Made by a program: the position numbers and the translations under genes
From: an uncultured Solirubrobacteraceae bacterium
GTDB lineage: Bacteria; Actinomycetota; Thermoleophilia; Solirubrobacterales; Solirubrobacteraceae
Reading direction: 5' to 3'
Assembly (NCBI GenBank): GCA_963819435.1
Contig: CAWFWA010000013.1
Coordinates: forward strand, 146,392-210,391
DNA length: 64,000 nt
In this document: one piece after another, positions 34,247 through 44,197 of the stretch
Numbering within the stretch: the first letter of the stretch is position 1
How the letters are laid out: each line of letters starts with the position of its first letter
Notes under the pieces: generated by a model
The model's input: the letters and a program-made list of their open reading frames with translations, nothing else
What the model was told of the DNA's origin: nothing
Databases searched by the model: none

Positions 34247-35227
34247 TTAGGGCGCGAGCGCCGCCTGCAACGCGCGCATGTCCGCGTCCACCATCCGCTG
34301 CACGAGCTGCTCGAAGGACAGCTCCGCACGCCAGCCGAGCCGTTCGCGCGCCCTGGTGGGATCGCCCACGCTCGGCGTGCTCTCGGGTGCGCGCACCAGC
34401 GAGGAGTCCACTCGTAGGTACTGCTCGGCGTCGAGGCCGACGCACGCGAAGGCGGTTTGCGCGAGCTCGGCGACCGTGTGCGCGACGCCGCTGGCCAGCA
34501 CGTAGTCGCCGGGCTGCTCCTGCTGGAGCATCAACCACGCGCCGTGCATGACGTCGCCTGCGAAGGACCAGTCGCGCACCGCGTCGAGCGCTCCGAGTGT
34601 GAGTGTGTCCTGCTGTCCGAGCGCGATCGCGGCAGCCGCGCGTGTGACCCGTCGCGTGACGAACTGCTCGGGCCTGCGCTCGGACTCGTGGTTAAAGGCG
34701 ATGGCAGAGCTCGCGTGCAGGTCGTCGTGATCGCGCAGTGCGCCGACGAGGTCATGCGCGGCCAGCTTGGCGATCGCATACGGCGTGTGCGGGCGGCACG
34801 GCGTCTCCTCGTTCTGCGGGCTCTCGCGCGCGTCGCCGAAGATCGCGCCGGATGCAGCGACGAGCACGCGTGCCTCGGCGCCGAGATCGCGCACGCACTC
34901 GAGGATCGCCGCCGCGGACCCGGCGATCGCGCGCATCGTCTCCCCCGGGCGCTCCCACGAGGCGGGGACGAACGAGGGCGCGGCGAGGTGGTAGATCTCG
35001 CCGGCGCCGGCGCGCTCGATGGCCCCGCGCAGCGTGGCCGGCTCCAGCAGCTCCCCGCCGATCAGCTGCACCTCTCCGCGCAGGTGCTCGCTGGCGCCCA
35101 GCGACGGCGAGTGCTCGTCGCGCACGAGACCGAACACGCGGTAGCCCTTGGCGAGCAGCAGCTCGGCCAGGAACGAGCCGTCCTGACCGGACAGCCCGGT
35201 GATCAGCGCGGTGGGCTCGCTGGACAC
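34247..35227 (-). CDS. Gmd-like SDR paralogue lacking the dehydratase Glu
   Basis: TGLSGQDGSFLAELLL, PYAIAK, FNHESERR, RDWSFAGD; AASGAIFG replaces ASSSEMFG. Confidence 0.85.
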   Translation of the reverse strand: MSSEPTALITGLSGQDGSFLAELLLAKGYRVFGLVRDEHSPSLGASEHLRGEVQLIGGELLEPATLRGAIERAGAGEIYHLAAPSFVPASWERPGETMRAIAGSAAAILECVRDLGAEARVLVAASGAIFGDARESPQNEETPCRPHTPYAIAKLAAHDLVGALRDHDDLHASSAIAFNHESERRPEQFVTRRVTRAAAAIALGQQDTLTLGALDAVRDWSFAGDVMHGAWLMLQQEQPGDYVLASGVAHTVAELAQTAFACVGLDAEQYLRVDSSLVRAPESTPSVGDPTRARERLGWRAELSFEQLVQRMVDADMRALQAALAP

Positions 35228-35236
35228 GGCGCCAGC

Positions 35237-36370
35237 TTATGCCCCGTCGTACACGCGCGCGAGCGCGCCGGCGACGACCGACGGCGCGCACACGGCGCGA
35301 ACGCGCTGCAGGTTGCGCGTCCCCTCGCTGCGATCCGCGGCCAGCCGGCCGATCGCCTCGGCCAGTGCGCCGGCATCGCCGGGTGCCACGAGCGCGTGAT
35401 CGCCGAGGAGCTCGTCGAGCGCGCCGGCGCGACTGGCGGCGATGGGTAGCGCCGCGGCCATCGCCTCGGCGGCGGCCAGGCCGAACGTCTCGCCAGAGCG
35501 CGACGGCACGAGCGCGATCGACGCATGCGCGCGCAGCCGCGCGAGCTCGCCATCGTCGACGCGACCGGCGAAGCGCACGCCGCCACCCGCCGCGCGCGCT
35601 TCAAGCTGTGCGCGCTGCGGACCATCGCCGGCGATCACCAGCTGCACGCCGGCGAGACGGCACGCGTCGATTGCGACGTCGATGCCCTTCTCCGGCGCCA
35701 GGCGCGAAGTGACGAGCGCGTAGGAGCCCTCGCGCGCACTCTCGCCGACGGGGATCGAGCGCTGCTGCGCGTCGAGCGCACGCACGGGCGGCGCGATGAC
35801 GTGCACGCGCTCCCACGGCAGCGGCGCGCCGAGCGCGCGCAGGCGCTCGAGGGCGAAGCGGCTGGGAACCACGAAGGCGTCGGCCTGCTCGACGGTGCGC
35901 CGCTGCCACAGCGCCAGCGAGGCGGCGTAGGCGGCGGCCTCGGGCACGCTGCCGCGGCAGTTCAGCCGCACGCCGGGGAGCGTGTCGCGGCCATGGCAGC
36001 GCGTGCACTCGGCGCCGTGCGTGAAGCACACGCCGACCGCGCACACGAGCCGGTACTGGTGCAGGTGCAGCACGACCCGCGCTCCGGCCTCGCGCGCGGC
36101 GGCGAGCGCGCGCCAGCCGAGCGCCGGCAGCAGGTTGTGCGCGTGCACGAGGCGAGCGCCGCTGGCGCGCACGGCGGCGGCAACCTCCTGCGGCTGTCGC
36201 CCGCCGCGCAGCAGCCCGAGGCCGGCGCCGCGTGCGCCGATCTGCGCGGAGGAGCGCTCGAGCAGCTCGGCGGGCTCACCCAACCGCTCGCGGACGAGCC
36301 ACATGAGGTCCTCGACGGCGCGCTCCTCGCCGCCGGTCGTGCGGTAGCGGTTGTGCAGAAACAGGACCAT
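35237..36370 (-). CDS. Glycosyltransferase family 4 with Cys cluster
   Basis: HNRY..GGEE, HAHN, HQYRLVC...CTRC, RLAPEKG, ETFGLAAAEAMA. Confidence 0.9.
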   Translation of the reverse strand: MVLFLHNRYRTTGGEERAVEDLMWLVRERLGEPAELLERSSAQIGARGAGLGLLRGGRQPQEVAAAVRASGARLVHAHNLLPALGWRALAAAREAGARVVLHLHQYRLVCAVGVCFTHGAECTRCHGRDTLPGVRLNCRGSVPEAAAYAASLALWQRRTVEQADAFVVPSRFALERLRALGAPLPWERVHVIAPPVRALDAQQRSIPVGESAREGSYALVTSRLAPEKGIDVAIDACRLAGVQLVIAGDGPQRAQLEARAAGGGVRFAGRVDDGELARLRAHASIALVPSRSGETFGLAAAEAMAAALPIAASRAGALDELLGDHALVAPGDAGALAEAIGRLAADRSEGTRNLQRVRAVCAPSVVAGALARVYDGA

Positions 36371-36446
36371 CGTGCGCAGGAGCCTATTGGCTGACCGCGC
36401 GGGCGAAACGGCGCAAACCGGCTGCAAACCTAGACTGTCTCGACCG

Positions 36447-38150
36447 ATGACCCTCGCCTCGATCGTGATCCCGACGCGCGCACGCCCCGACTACCTGGAG
36501 GTGGCGCTGCGATCGATCGCCGATCAGGCCTTTCACGCGGGCGCCGAGGTGCTGGTGATCGACGACGCCGGGGCCTCCGAGCAGACGCGCGCCCTGGTCG
36601 AGCGCTTCGGCGCGCGCTACGAGGCCCACGAGCAGCCACTCGGACTGAACGTCGCGCGCAACACGGGCGTGCAGCGCTCCAGTGGCGAGCTGGTGGCGTT
36701 CGTCGACGACGACGTGCGCGCGAGCCCGCAGTGGCTGGGGGCGCTGCTGACCGCGGCGCGCGAGCACCCCGATGTGGAGGTCTTTGCGGGGCCGATCCAA
36801 CCGAGCTTCGAGGGTGCGCGCTGGCGCTCGTGCGGACGCGAGAGCGCACCGATCACGTCACTCGATCTCGGCGCGCAGGACACCGACGCACGCTACGCAT
36901 GGGGCGCGAACATGGCGATCCGCAGGACGGCGCTCGATCGCGTGGGGCCTTTCGAGGAGACGTTGCACGATGGCGGCGACGAGCAGGAGTGGCAGGATCG
37001 TTTTATGGCCGCCTACGGCGGGTCGGGTCGCGTGCTGTATGTCGCCGGCGCGTCCGTGGAGCATCGCCGGGCCGGTCGCGACGCGCACCTGCGGGCGCTG
37101 TGCCGTGCTGCGGCCGTGCGCGGCCGTGCGGCGCGGCGCTTCGACGCCCGTCAGGGGCGAGCGCCTTCGCTGGCGCGCGAGACGCTCACGCTCGCCGGGT
37201 GCGTGGGTCATGTGCTACGCCACGCATGCGCCGGCGGGCTGACGATGGTCGCCCACAGCATCGGCCGCCTGCGCGAGGCGCTGCGCGAACAGGCCGGTGA
37301 GCCTGCGCCGCCTCTGCCGCGCCCCGGTGAGTCGGCAAACGGCGCGGGCGCCGAGGATTTCCTGTCCGGAGCGAGCGGAACCGTCGGCGGCTTTGACGCG
37401 CTGGCGCGCGCTGCGCGCGACACGCTCGCCGACGCCGGCGAGGTGTTGAGCGGGCGCCGTGCGCGCCTGGCGCTGGCTGCGCGGCGGCGGCCGCCCACGC
37501 GGCGCGTGCTCGTGCTCGGCATCGAGCGCCCCGAGCACTACGCCCTGGCGGCGCGCGCGCAGGCCGAGCTGCAGCGCTCGCGCCACGAGGTCGAGCTGCA
37601 CGTCGCAGCCCCGCACGGGCTGGGCAAGTTCGAAAACCTCAACCGCCTGCTCGCGGCCCACCCGGCGGGCGGCCACGACTGGCTGATCTTGCTCGACGAC
37701 GACATCGAGCTTCCGCGCGGCTTTCTCGATCGCTTTGTGTTCCTGTGCGAGCGCTTCGAGCTGTCGCTCGCCCAGCCGGCGCACCGCCTGAACTCGCATG
37801 CGGCCTGGCCGCAGACGCGCCGGCAGCCGGGCAGTGTCGTGCGCGAGACGCGATTTGTCGAGATCGGCCCGCTGACGGCGTTCGCGAGCGACACGTTCGC
37901 GACGCTGCTGCCGTTTCCCGAGCTGCGTATGGGCTGGGGCCTGGACGCGCACTGGGGAGCGGTCGCCCGCGAGCACGGCTGGCGCTGCGGCGTGACCGAT
38001 GCGGTGGCGATCCGCCACCGCGTGGCGCCTGCCGCCGAGACCTACTCGCGCGAGGCGGCTATCGCCGAGGCGCGCGCCTTCCTCGCCGAGCGCCCGTACG
38101 TCAGCGCGCAGGACGCGCGACGCACCGTGACGACGCACCGCCGCTGGTGA
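36447..38150 (+). CDS. Two-domain glycosyltransferase: GT2 plus DUF707-like GT-A domain
   Basis: IVIPT, ARNTG, FVDDD, GANMA, GDEQEW; second domain LLDDD, LAQPA, FVEIGP, GWGLD, GVTDA..IRH. Confidence 0.8.
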   Translation: MTLASIVIPTRARPDYLEVALRSIADQAFHAGAEVLVIDDAGASEQTRALVERFGARYEAHEQPLGLNVARNTGVQRSSGELVAFVDDDVRASPQWLGALLTAAREHPDVEVFAGPIQPSFEGARWRSCGRESAPITSLDLGAQDTDARYAWGANMAIRRTALDRVGPFEETLHDGGDEQEWQDRFMAAYGGSGRVLYVAGASVEHRRAGRDAHLRALCRAAAVRGRAARRFDARQGRAPSLARETLTLAGCVGHVLRHACAGGLTMVAHSIGRLREALREQAGEPAPPLPRPGESANGAGAEDFLSGASGTVGGFDALARAARDTLADAGEVLSGRRARLALAARRRPPTRRVLVLGIERPEHYALAARAQAELQRSRHEVELHVAAPHGLGKFENLNRLLAAHPAGGHDWLILLDDDIELPRGFLDRFVFLCERFELSLAQPAHRLNSHAAWPQTRRQPGSVVRETRFVEIGPLTAFASDTFATLLPFPELRMGWGLDAHWGAVAREHGWRCGVTDAVAIRHRVAPAAETYSREAAIAEARAFLAERPYVSAQDARRTVTTHRRW

Positions 38151-39343
38151 AGGTCCTCGTCGTAGCGGAGTTCTACCCGAGCAGCCGCGATCCTGTGATG
38201 GGCGTGTGGGCGCACCGCCAGGCGCTCGCCGCGCGCGACGCCGGCGCGGAGGTGCGCGTGCTCGTGCTCAACCGCCTGGTCCCGCCGCGGTCCGCGCTGG
38301 CGGGGGGACCGGCGGCGATCGCGGGCGCGCTTGCCGAGCGCGTGCGCGAGCCGCGCGAGCAGACGCGCGACGGCCTGACGATCGGCTACGTGCCCTACGT
38401 GTCGCCCGAACGGGAGCGCTCGTATGCCTCGTGGGGAGCGTGGGCGGCGACACCGCTCGCGCTGGCGATGACGCGCATGCGGCGCAAGTTCGCGTTCGAT
38501 GTCGTGCACGCACACAACGCCGTCCCGGCCGGAGATGCCGTTCGTCGCGCGCGCACGCTGCGCACGCACACCGCGCCGCTGGTGGTCTCGGTGCACGGCG
38601 GCGACGTGCTGTACACGGCGGCGCGGGTTCGCGGCGGCGGCGAGGCCGTACGCCACACATTCGCGCGGGCGCGCCTGGTGCTCGCCAACAGCGCCGGCAT
38701 CGGCGAGCTGGCGCGCGCGCACGGTGCAAGCGAGGTGCGCGTCGTGCATCTCGGCACAGACGTCCCAAAGGCGGCACGGCCGCCCGAGCGCGGCGTCGCG
38801 CCGACGCTCGTGACGGTCGCTCATCTGGTCGCACGCAAGCGCCACGCCGACGTCCTGCGCGCGCTCGCCGTGCTGACGCCTCGCCATCCCACATTGCGCT
38901 ACGCGATCGTCGGCGACGGACCCGAGCGCGGTGCGCTGGAACGGCTGGCGGCACGCCTGGAGATCGCCGATCGCGTCGACTTCCACGGACAGCTGGCCCC
39001 CGCGGAGGCGATCGAGCGGGCGCGGGAGTGCACGCTGTTCGTGATGCCCTCGACCGAGGAGGCATTCGGCGTGGCCTACGTTGAGGCGATGGCCGGCGGA
39101 GTCCCGGCGATCGGCTGCCGTGGCGAGGCCGGGCCAGAGGAGATCGCCGCGGCGGGCGACGGCATGGTGCTCGTACCGCCCGGTGACATCGAGCGCCTTT
39201 CCCAGCGCGTCGATGAGCTGCTTTCCGATCCGCACAGGCTGCGCGAGGCGCGCCAGCGGGCGCGAGCGACGGTGCTGGCGTACTTCACGTGGGATCGCTG
39301 CGGGCAGCAGACGCTCGCCGCCTACGAGCAGGCGCTGCGATGA
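38147..39343 (+). CDS. Glycosyltransferase family 4 (TuaC-like)
   Basis: VHAH, SVHGGDV, HLVARKRH, EAFGVAYVEAMAGG; GTGA overlap with upstream gene. Confidence 0.9.
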   Translation: MKVLVVAEFYPSSRDPVMGVWAHRQALAARDAGAEVRVLVLNRLVPPRSALAGGPAAIAGALAERVREPREQTRDGLTIGYVPYVSPERERSYASWGAWAATPLALAMTRMRRKFAFDVVHAHNAVPAGDAVRRARTLRTHTAPLVVSVHGGDVLYTAARVRGGGEAVRHTFARARLVLANSAGIGELARAHGASEVRVVHLGTDVPKAARPPERGVAPTLVTVAHLVARKRHADVLRALAVLTPRHPTLRYAIVGDGPERGALERLAARLEIADRVDFHGQLAPAEAIERARECTLFVMPSTEEAFGVAYVEAMAGGVPAIGCRGEAGPEEIAAAGDGMVLVPPGDIERLSQRVDELLSDPHRLREARQRARATVLAYFTWDRCGQQTLAAYEQALR

Positions 39344-40443
39344 AGCCGCTGCTGTTCGTCACCGGCCACGCGCCCGCCTACCGCGTGGGGGCGCTCGAGC
39401 GCCTGCACGAGCGCGAGGGGGTCGAGTTGGCTCTGTTCGGGGGCCGCTACAAGCACGGCGGCCCGGGGTTTGAGCAGGCAATGACCTTTCCGCACAGACG
39501 CGTACGCCCGCGCGAGCTCTACGCACTCGCGTCGAGCGGGCGCTATCGCGCGGTCGTCTGCCCGACGGGCGGGCGCCTGGCGCTGCTGGCGGCGTGGGCG
39601 GGCGCGCGGCGCGCGCGCGTGCCGCTGATCCTGTGGGCGTCGCTGTGGGCGCACCCGCGCAGCCTGGCGCACGCCTTCAGCTTCCTGCCGCTGCGCAGGC
39701 TGTACCGCACGGCCGATGCGGTCGTGACATACGGCCCGCACATCAGCGCCTATGTACAGAAGCGCGGCGCGGACAACGTGTTCGTGGCGGCACAGTCGGT
39801 CGACAACGACTTCTGGCGCGCGCCGCAGACGGCGCCCCCGACCCTGCGCGCCTGGCCGCAGGACGCCGAGCTGCGCTTCCTGTTCGTCGGGCGCGACGCA
39901 CGCGAGAAGGGCGTGCCGGTGCTCGTCGATGCGTGGCGCCAGGCGGAGCTGCCGGCGCCGGCGAACGCGCTCGTGCTCGTGGGCACCGGCGCGGGCCGCG
40001 CGAGCTTTGCGCCCGCCGGCCTACGGCGCGAGGGCGACGCGGGAATCGTCTCGCTGGATCCCGTCGAACCGCACGAGCTGCGCGCGATCTACGAGGCGTG
40101 CGACGTGCTCGTCGTGCCCTCGATCCCGACTCCCACGTTTCGCGAGCCATGGGGGCTGGTGGTCAACGAGGCGATGGATCGCGGACTGGCGGTGATCGCA
40201 TCGGACGCCGTCGGCGCGGCCGCCGGCGGGCTGGTGCGCGACGACGTCAACGGCGTGATCGTCCCGGCCGGCAACAGCTCGGCGCTGGCGGTGGCGATCC
40301 GCCGGCTGGCCGGCGACGGCGCGCTGCGCGCGCGGCTGGGGCGCCAGGCGGCGCAGGACGTTCGCGCGTACACCTACGATGCCTGGGCGCAGGGCTTCTG
40401 CGAAGCGCTGGCAAGCCTCGGCATCGCCCGCGGGCGTTGGTAG
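39340..40443 (+). CDS. Glycosyltransferase family 4
   Basis: FVGR..EKG, VVPS, EPWGLVVNEAM; ATGA overlap with upstream gene. Confidence 0.9.
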   Translation: MKPLLFVTGHAPAYRVGALERLHEREGVELALFGGRYKHGGPGFEQAMTFPHRRVRPRELYALASSGRYRAVVCPTGGRLALLAAWAGARRARVPLILWASLWAHPRSLAHAFSFLPLRRLYRTADAVVTYGPHISAYVQKRGADNVFVAAQSVDNDFWRAPQTAPPTLRAWPQDAELRFLFVGRDAREKGVPVLVDAWRQAELPAPANALVLVGTGAGRASFAPAGLRREGDAGIVSLDPVEPHELRAIYEACDVLVVPSIPTPTFREPWGLVVNEAMDRGLAVIASDAVGAAAGGLVRDDVNGVIVPAGNSSALAVAIRRLAGDGALRARLGRQAAQDVRAYTYDAWAQGFCEALASLGIARGRW

Positions 40444-40460
40444 CGTTGCGTCGCTCACCT

Positions 40461-40991
40461 ATGAGAACCGCCCTCTCTCAGAGCCGCGGCGCAGGCCTGG
40501 CGCTGATCGGCGCGCTGGTGCTGCTCGCGAGCCTCGCGGCCGTCGCGAACGCCGACATCGGCACGACGATCATCGAACGCTGCACGCACGGCAAGAGCAT
40601 CAGCGGCTACAGCCAGCAGGCCTACAAGCGTGCGCTGCAGGAGCTGCCGACGGAAGTCGAAGAGTATTCCGACTGCGCCAACCTGATCCGCCGGGCGCAG
40701 CTGAGCGCGACGGGACGCGGGGGGACTGGCACGCCCGGCCCGGCGATCACCGCGACGCCATTGTCGCCGGGAGAGCAGGCCAAACTCAGCAAGGTGCCGA
40801 AGACCGGCGCCGGGGCGCTGCACGTCGGCGGACAGCTGGTGCATCCCGGCGTCGTGCACGCAAACATCTCCTCGGCGTTGAGCGCGCTGCCCGGCCCGCT
40901 GCTGGCGGTGCTCGCGTTCCTGCTGGCGTGCGCAGTCGCACTCGGCGGGCGAAGCGTGGGGAAGGTGATACGTGACCGCCGCTCCGGCTGA
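40461..40991 (+). CDS. Secreted protein with 2-Cys helical domain, Gly/Thr/Pro linker and C-terminal TM anchor plus basic tail (candidate glycoprotein acceptor #2)
   Basis: Signal peptide ending VANA; IIERC...YSDC; TGRGGTGTPGP; LPGP-LLAVLAFLLACAVALGG-RSVGKVIRDRR. Confidence 0.82.
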   Translation: MRTALSQSRGAGLALIGALVLLASLAAVANADIGTTIIERCTHGKSISGYSQQAYKRALQELPTEVEEYSDCANLIRRAQLSATGRGGTGTPGPAITATPLSPGEQAKLSKVPKTGAGALHVGGQLVHPGVVHANISSALSALPGPLLAVLAFLLACAVALGGRSVGKVIRDRRSG

Positions 40992-43437
40992 GCCGTCCGC
41001 CCCCGCGGCGCCCGGCTCTGCGCCGCCCAGCGGGGACATCGGCGCCGGCGCGCTTGCGCGGCACGGTCGGCTGCATGGCCGCCGCAACGGTGCGCGCCAC
41101 CGACGCGTGCCACCCCGTGACCGCTGGCTGGCGCACGCCGAGGCGTGCCTGCCGATGTTGGCGATCGCGGGTGTGCTGTGTTTCGTCGCGTTCGTCGCAG
41201 GCGGCGGGCTGAACCTCAGCGACATGACGACGGTGGAGATCGCGCTGACGCTCGGAGCGGGTGCGATCGCGACGACGGTCGTGCTGCTGGGGCCAGGCGG
41301 CCTGCGCGCGTATGGCGCTTGGCCGCTGGCGCTGCTGCTCGCCTTCACGGCGCTGACCGCGGTCTCGGTCGTCTGGTCGGTGCAGCCGGACGACAGCTTC
41401 AAGGACGCCGGGCGCATGCTCGCCTACTGTGCCGTGTTCGGGGCGTGCATCGTGCTCGCGCGCACGCTGCCCGCGCGCTGGCCGGCGGTGCTCGGCGGCA
41501 TCGCGCTCGCGGCCGTCGTCGTGTGCGGGTACGCGCTGCTGACGAAGGTCTTCCCCGCACGGCTGGACGCGGGTGACATCTACTCGCGACTGCGCGCGCC
41601 GTACAGCTACTGGAACGCGATCGGCCTGACGGCGGCGATGGGCGCGATCGCGTGCATGTGGCTCGGTGCGCGACGCGCCGGGCACGCGCTGCTGACCGCG
41701 CTGGCCTACCCGGCGATGGGCCTGATGCTGCTGACGCTGATGCTCGCCTACTCGCGCGGCGCGCTCGTCGCGCTCCTGCTCGGCCTCGCCCTGTGGTTCT
41801 GCATCGTGCCGCTGCGCCTGCGCGGCGCGGCGGTGCTGATCAGCGGAGCGGTGCTCGCCGGCGCGGTGACGGCATGGGATTTCTCCACGCACGCGCTGAA
41901 CACCGACAGCGTCGAACTCACGGCGCGCAACAACGCCGGGCATCAACTCGGCGCGCTGATCCTCGTGATGCTCGCGCTGCTGACGCTCGCCGGGCTGGCG
42001 TTCGGGTTCTGGACGGGACGCAACGCGCCGTCGATCATCAGCCGCCGGCGCGCAGGCGCGCTGCTGCTGAGCCTGCTGGCCGTCGTCGTGCTCGCGGGCT
42101 GCGGCGCGCTGGCGGTAAGCCACCGCGGCTTCACGGGCAGCATCTCGCACGCCGTGCACGCGCTGACCGACCCGCACGCCGCGGTGCCGCCGAACACGCC
42201 GGGGCGCCTGACGGCAGTCGGCAGCGTGCGCGCGCGCTACTGGAACGAGGCGCTGAAGGTGTTCAAGGCGCATCCGGCGCTGGGCGCCGGCGCGGAAGGC
42301 TATGCGACGGCGCGACTGCGGTATCGCACCGAGACGCTCGACGTCCGCCATGCGCACGGCTACATCGTGCAGACGCTCGCCGACCTGGGCATCGTCGGCC
42401 TGGCGCTGACGCTCGCGCTGCTGGTGGTGTGGATGGTCGCGGCGGGGCGCGCAACGCATCCGTTCAATCGCCGCTGGACGAGCTGGTCGACGCTGCGCGG
42501 CTGGCTTGACCGCGCCGGCAGCGGGGGCTACCCGGCCTGGCGGCGTCTGACCGTGGAGGGCCGCCCGGCGCCGTATTCGGCCGAGCGCGTCGGCCTGCTG
42601 AGCATGCTCTGCCTGGTCGTCGTGTTCGGCATCCACTCGCTCGCCGACTGGACGTGGTACGTGCCCGGCAACGCCCTTGTCGCTTTGCTGTGTGCCGGTT
42701 GGCTGGCAGGCCGTGGGCCGCTGATGGTCGCCGACTCGGGCCCGGCAGCGGCCCGTGCGGGCACCTCCGGCGAAACCACGTTGATCGTCCATCCGCGCCG
42801 CGAAGCACGCGCGCCGGGAGACCTGCGCACTCGCCTGAGCCCGAGCGCGCTGGGCCCGCTGCGCATCGCCGTCGCCGTCGCGATCGTCGTCGGCGCGCTG
42901 ATCGCCGCGTGGGCGCAATGGGAGCCGCAGCGCTCGGCCGACGCCTCCCAGCAGGCGCTGTCGCAGCTCGGGCGCGACCCGCGGGGCGCGCTGGCCTCAG
43001 CGCAGACGGCGGTCTCGCGCGATCCGCTGTCGGCGCAAGCGCTGTTCACGCTGGCGGCCGTACAGCGAGCCGAGGGCAAACCGCTGCTCGCACGCGCGAC
43101 GCTGCAGCGCGCGGTGCGCCTACAGCCCTCCAACCCGCAGACATGGCTGACGCTCGGTGAGTTCGACCTCGCGACAGACAGGCCGCGCGCGGCGGTGCAC
43201 GAGCTGGAAGCGTCGATCTACCTGAACCCGGAGTCGGTATCGCCCGAAGCGATCGCGCAGGGCAACCCGGAAGCGATCGCTACACAAAACGACTACGTGC
43301 AGGCCGTGCGGGCTGTCGTGACACAGGAAGCCGCCGCGAAAGCCGCGCAGCGGCGCGTCAAGCGCGCGCAGCAGCGCCGCAGCGCCCGAAAAGCTCGCCG
43401 CCGGGCGACGACAAGACGCGCGGCCGGCAAACCGTGA
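40972..43437 (+). CDS. O-antigen ligase (Wzy_C) family polytopic protein with C-terminal TPR-like region (candidate oligosaccharyltransferase #2)
   Basis: RLRAPYSYWNA, YSRGA, RARYW..HPALGAG, HAHGYIVQTLADLGIVG, IHSLADWTW; RDPLS, LQPSNPQTW, LNPES TPR-like ends. Confidence 0.87.
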   Translation: MTAAPAEPSAPAAPGSAPPSGDIGAGALARHGRLHGRRNGARHRRVPPRDRWLAHAEACLPMLAIAGVLCFVAFVAGGGLNLSDMTTVEIALTLGAGAIATTVVLLGPGGLRAYGAWPLALLLAFTALTAVSVVWSVQPDDSFKDAGRMLAYCAVFGACIVLARTLPARWPAVLGGIALAAVVVCGYALLTKVFPARLDAGDIYSRLRAPYSYWNAIGLTAAMGAIACMWLGARRAGHALLTALAYPAMGLMLLTLMLAYSRGALVALLLGLALWFCIVPLRLRGAAVLISGAVLAGAVTAWDFSTHALNTDSVELTARNNAGHQLGALILVMLALLTLAGLAFGFWTGRNAPSIISRRRAGALLLSLLAVVVLAGCGALAVSHRGFTGSISHAVHALTDPHAAVPPNTPGRLTAVGSVRARYWNEALKVFKAHPALGAGAEGYATARLRYRTETLDVRHAHGYIVQTLADLGIVGLALTLALLVVWMVAAGRATHPFNRRWTSWSTLRGWLDRAGSGGYPAWRRLTVEGRPAPYSAERVGLLSMLCLVVVFGIHSLADWTWYVPGNALVALLCAGWLAGRGPLMVADSGPAAARAGTSGETTLIVHPRREARAPGDLRTRLSPSALGPLRIAVAVAIVVGALIAAWAQWEPQRSADASQQALSQLGRDPRGALASAQTAVSRDPLSAQALFTLAAVQRAEGKPLLARATLQRAVRLQPSNPQTWLTLGEFDLATDRPRAAVHELEASIYLNPESVSPEAIAQGNPEAIATQNDYVQAVRAVVTQEAAAKAAQRRVKRAQQRRSARKARRRATTRRAAGKP

Positions 43438-43475
43438 GGCGCACGGGCACCCGCAGTGCCTGCACGCGCCTGCGT

Positions 43476-44128
43476 TCAGAAGCGCGAGCGCCGCGCCGAG
43501 GCGAGCAGCTGGCGGCGCGCACCGGGCAGGCCGCCTGCTTCGCGCACGTCGATCTGCTCGAAGCCGAACTCCTCGAGTAGCCGCGCGAGCGTGCGCCGCG
43601 TGTAGAAGCGCAGGTGATCTGAGCGCGGATCGAAGTGCGCGTCCAGGCGGCGTGGCGACAGCGCGAGTGCGAGAATCGTCAGGCGGCCGTGCGCGGGGGT
43701 GCTCAGCAGCAGATTGCCGCCGGAGTGCAGAACGCGGCGCACCTGCGAGAGCCACGCGGTCGTGTCGGCGACGTGCTCGATCGTCTCGCCGGCCCACACG
43801 ACGTCGAAGCTCGCGTCGCGCAGCGGCCACTCGCCGTCGACGTCGACCAGGCGCACGTCGAGCTGGGGGTCACGCTTGCGCGCACGCCGCAGCGGCTCCT
43901 CGGCGACGTCCACGCCGACCGCGGCATAGCCGGCATGCGCGGCGGCGGCGGTCAGTTGACCTTCTCCGCAGCCGACGTCGAGCACGCGCAGCGGCTGTAG
44001 CGCCCCATCGCGCGCCGCGGCCGCGGCGAGGCCGTCGAGCATGAACGCTCGGCGCAGCGCCAGGCCGGCGGCTGCGCGCCCTCGGGCACGCTCTGCCACA
44101 CGGCTTCGTAGTAGCTGCGCGAGGACAT
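43476..44128 (-). CDS. Class I SAM-dependent methyltransferase; one frameshift near 44070
   Basis: ATG 44128 after TAACTT (MSSRSYYEAVW); VLDVGCGEG, ETIEHV, LLSTP, HLRFYT. Confidence 0.85.
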
Positions 44129-44197
44129 GCGCGCAAGTTAACCGTCATTCCTGCACAAAGCTGCGCGAAGCGAATATCTTGACGGCGTGCTTGGGGA

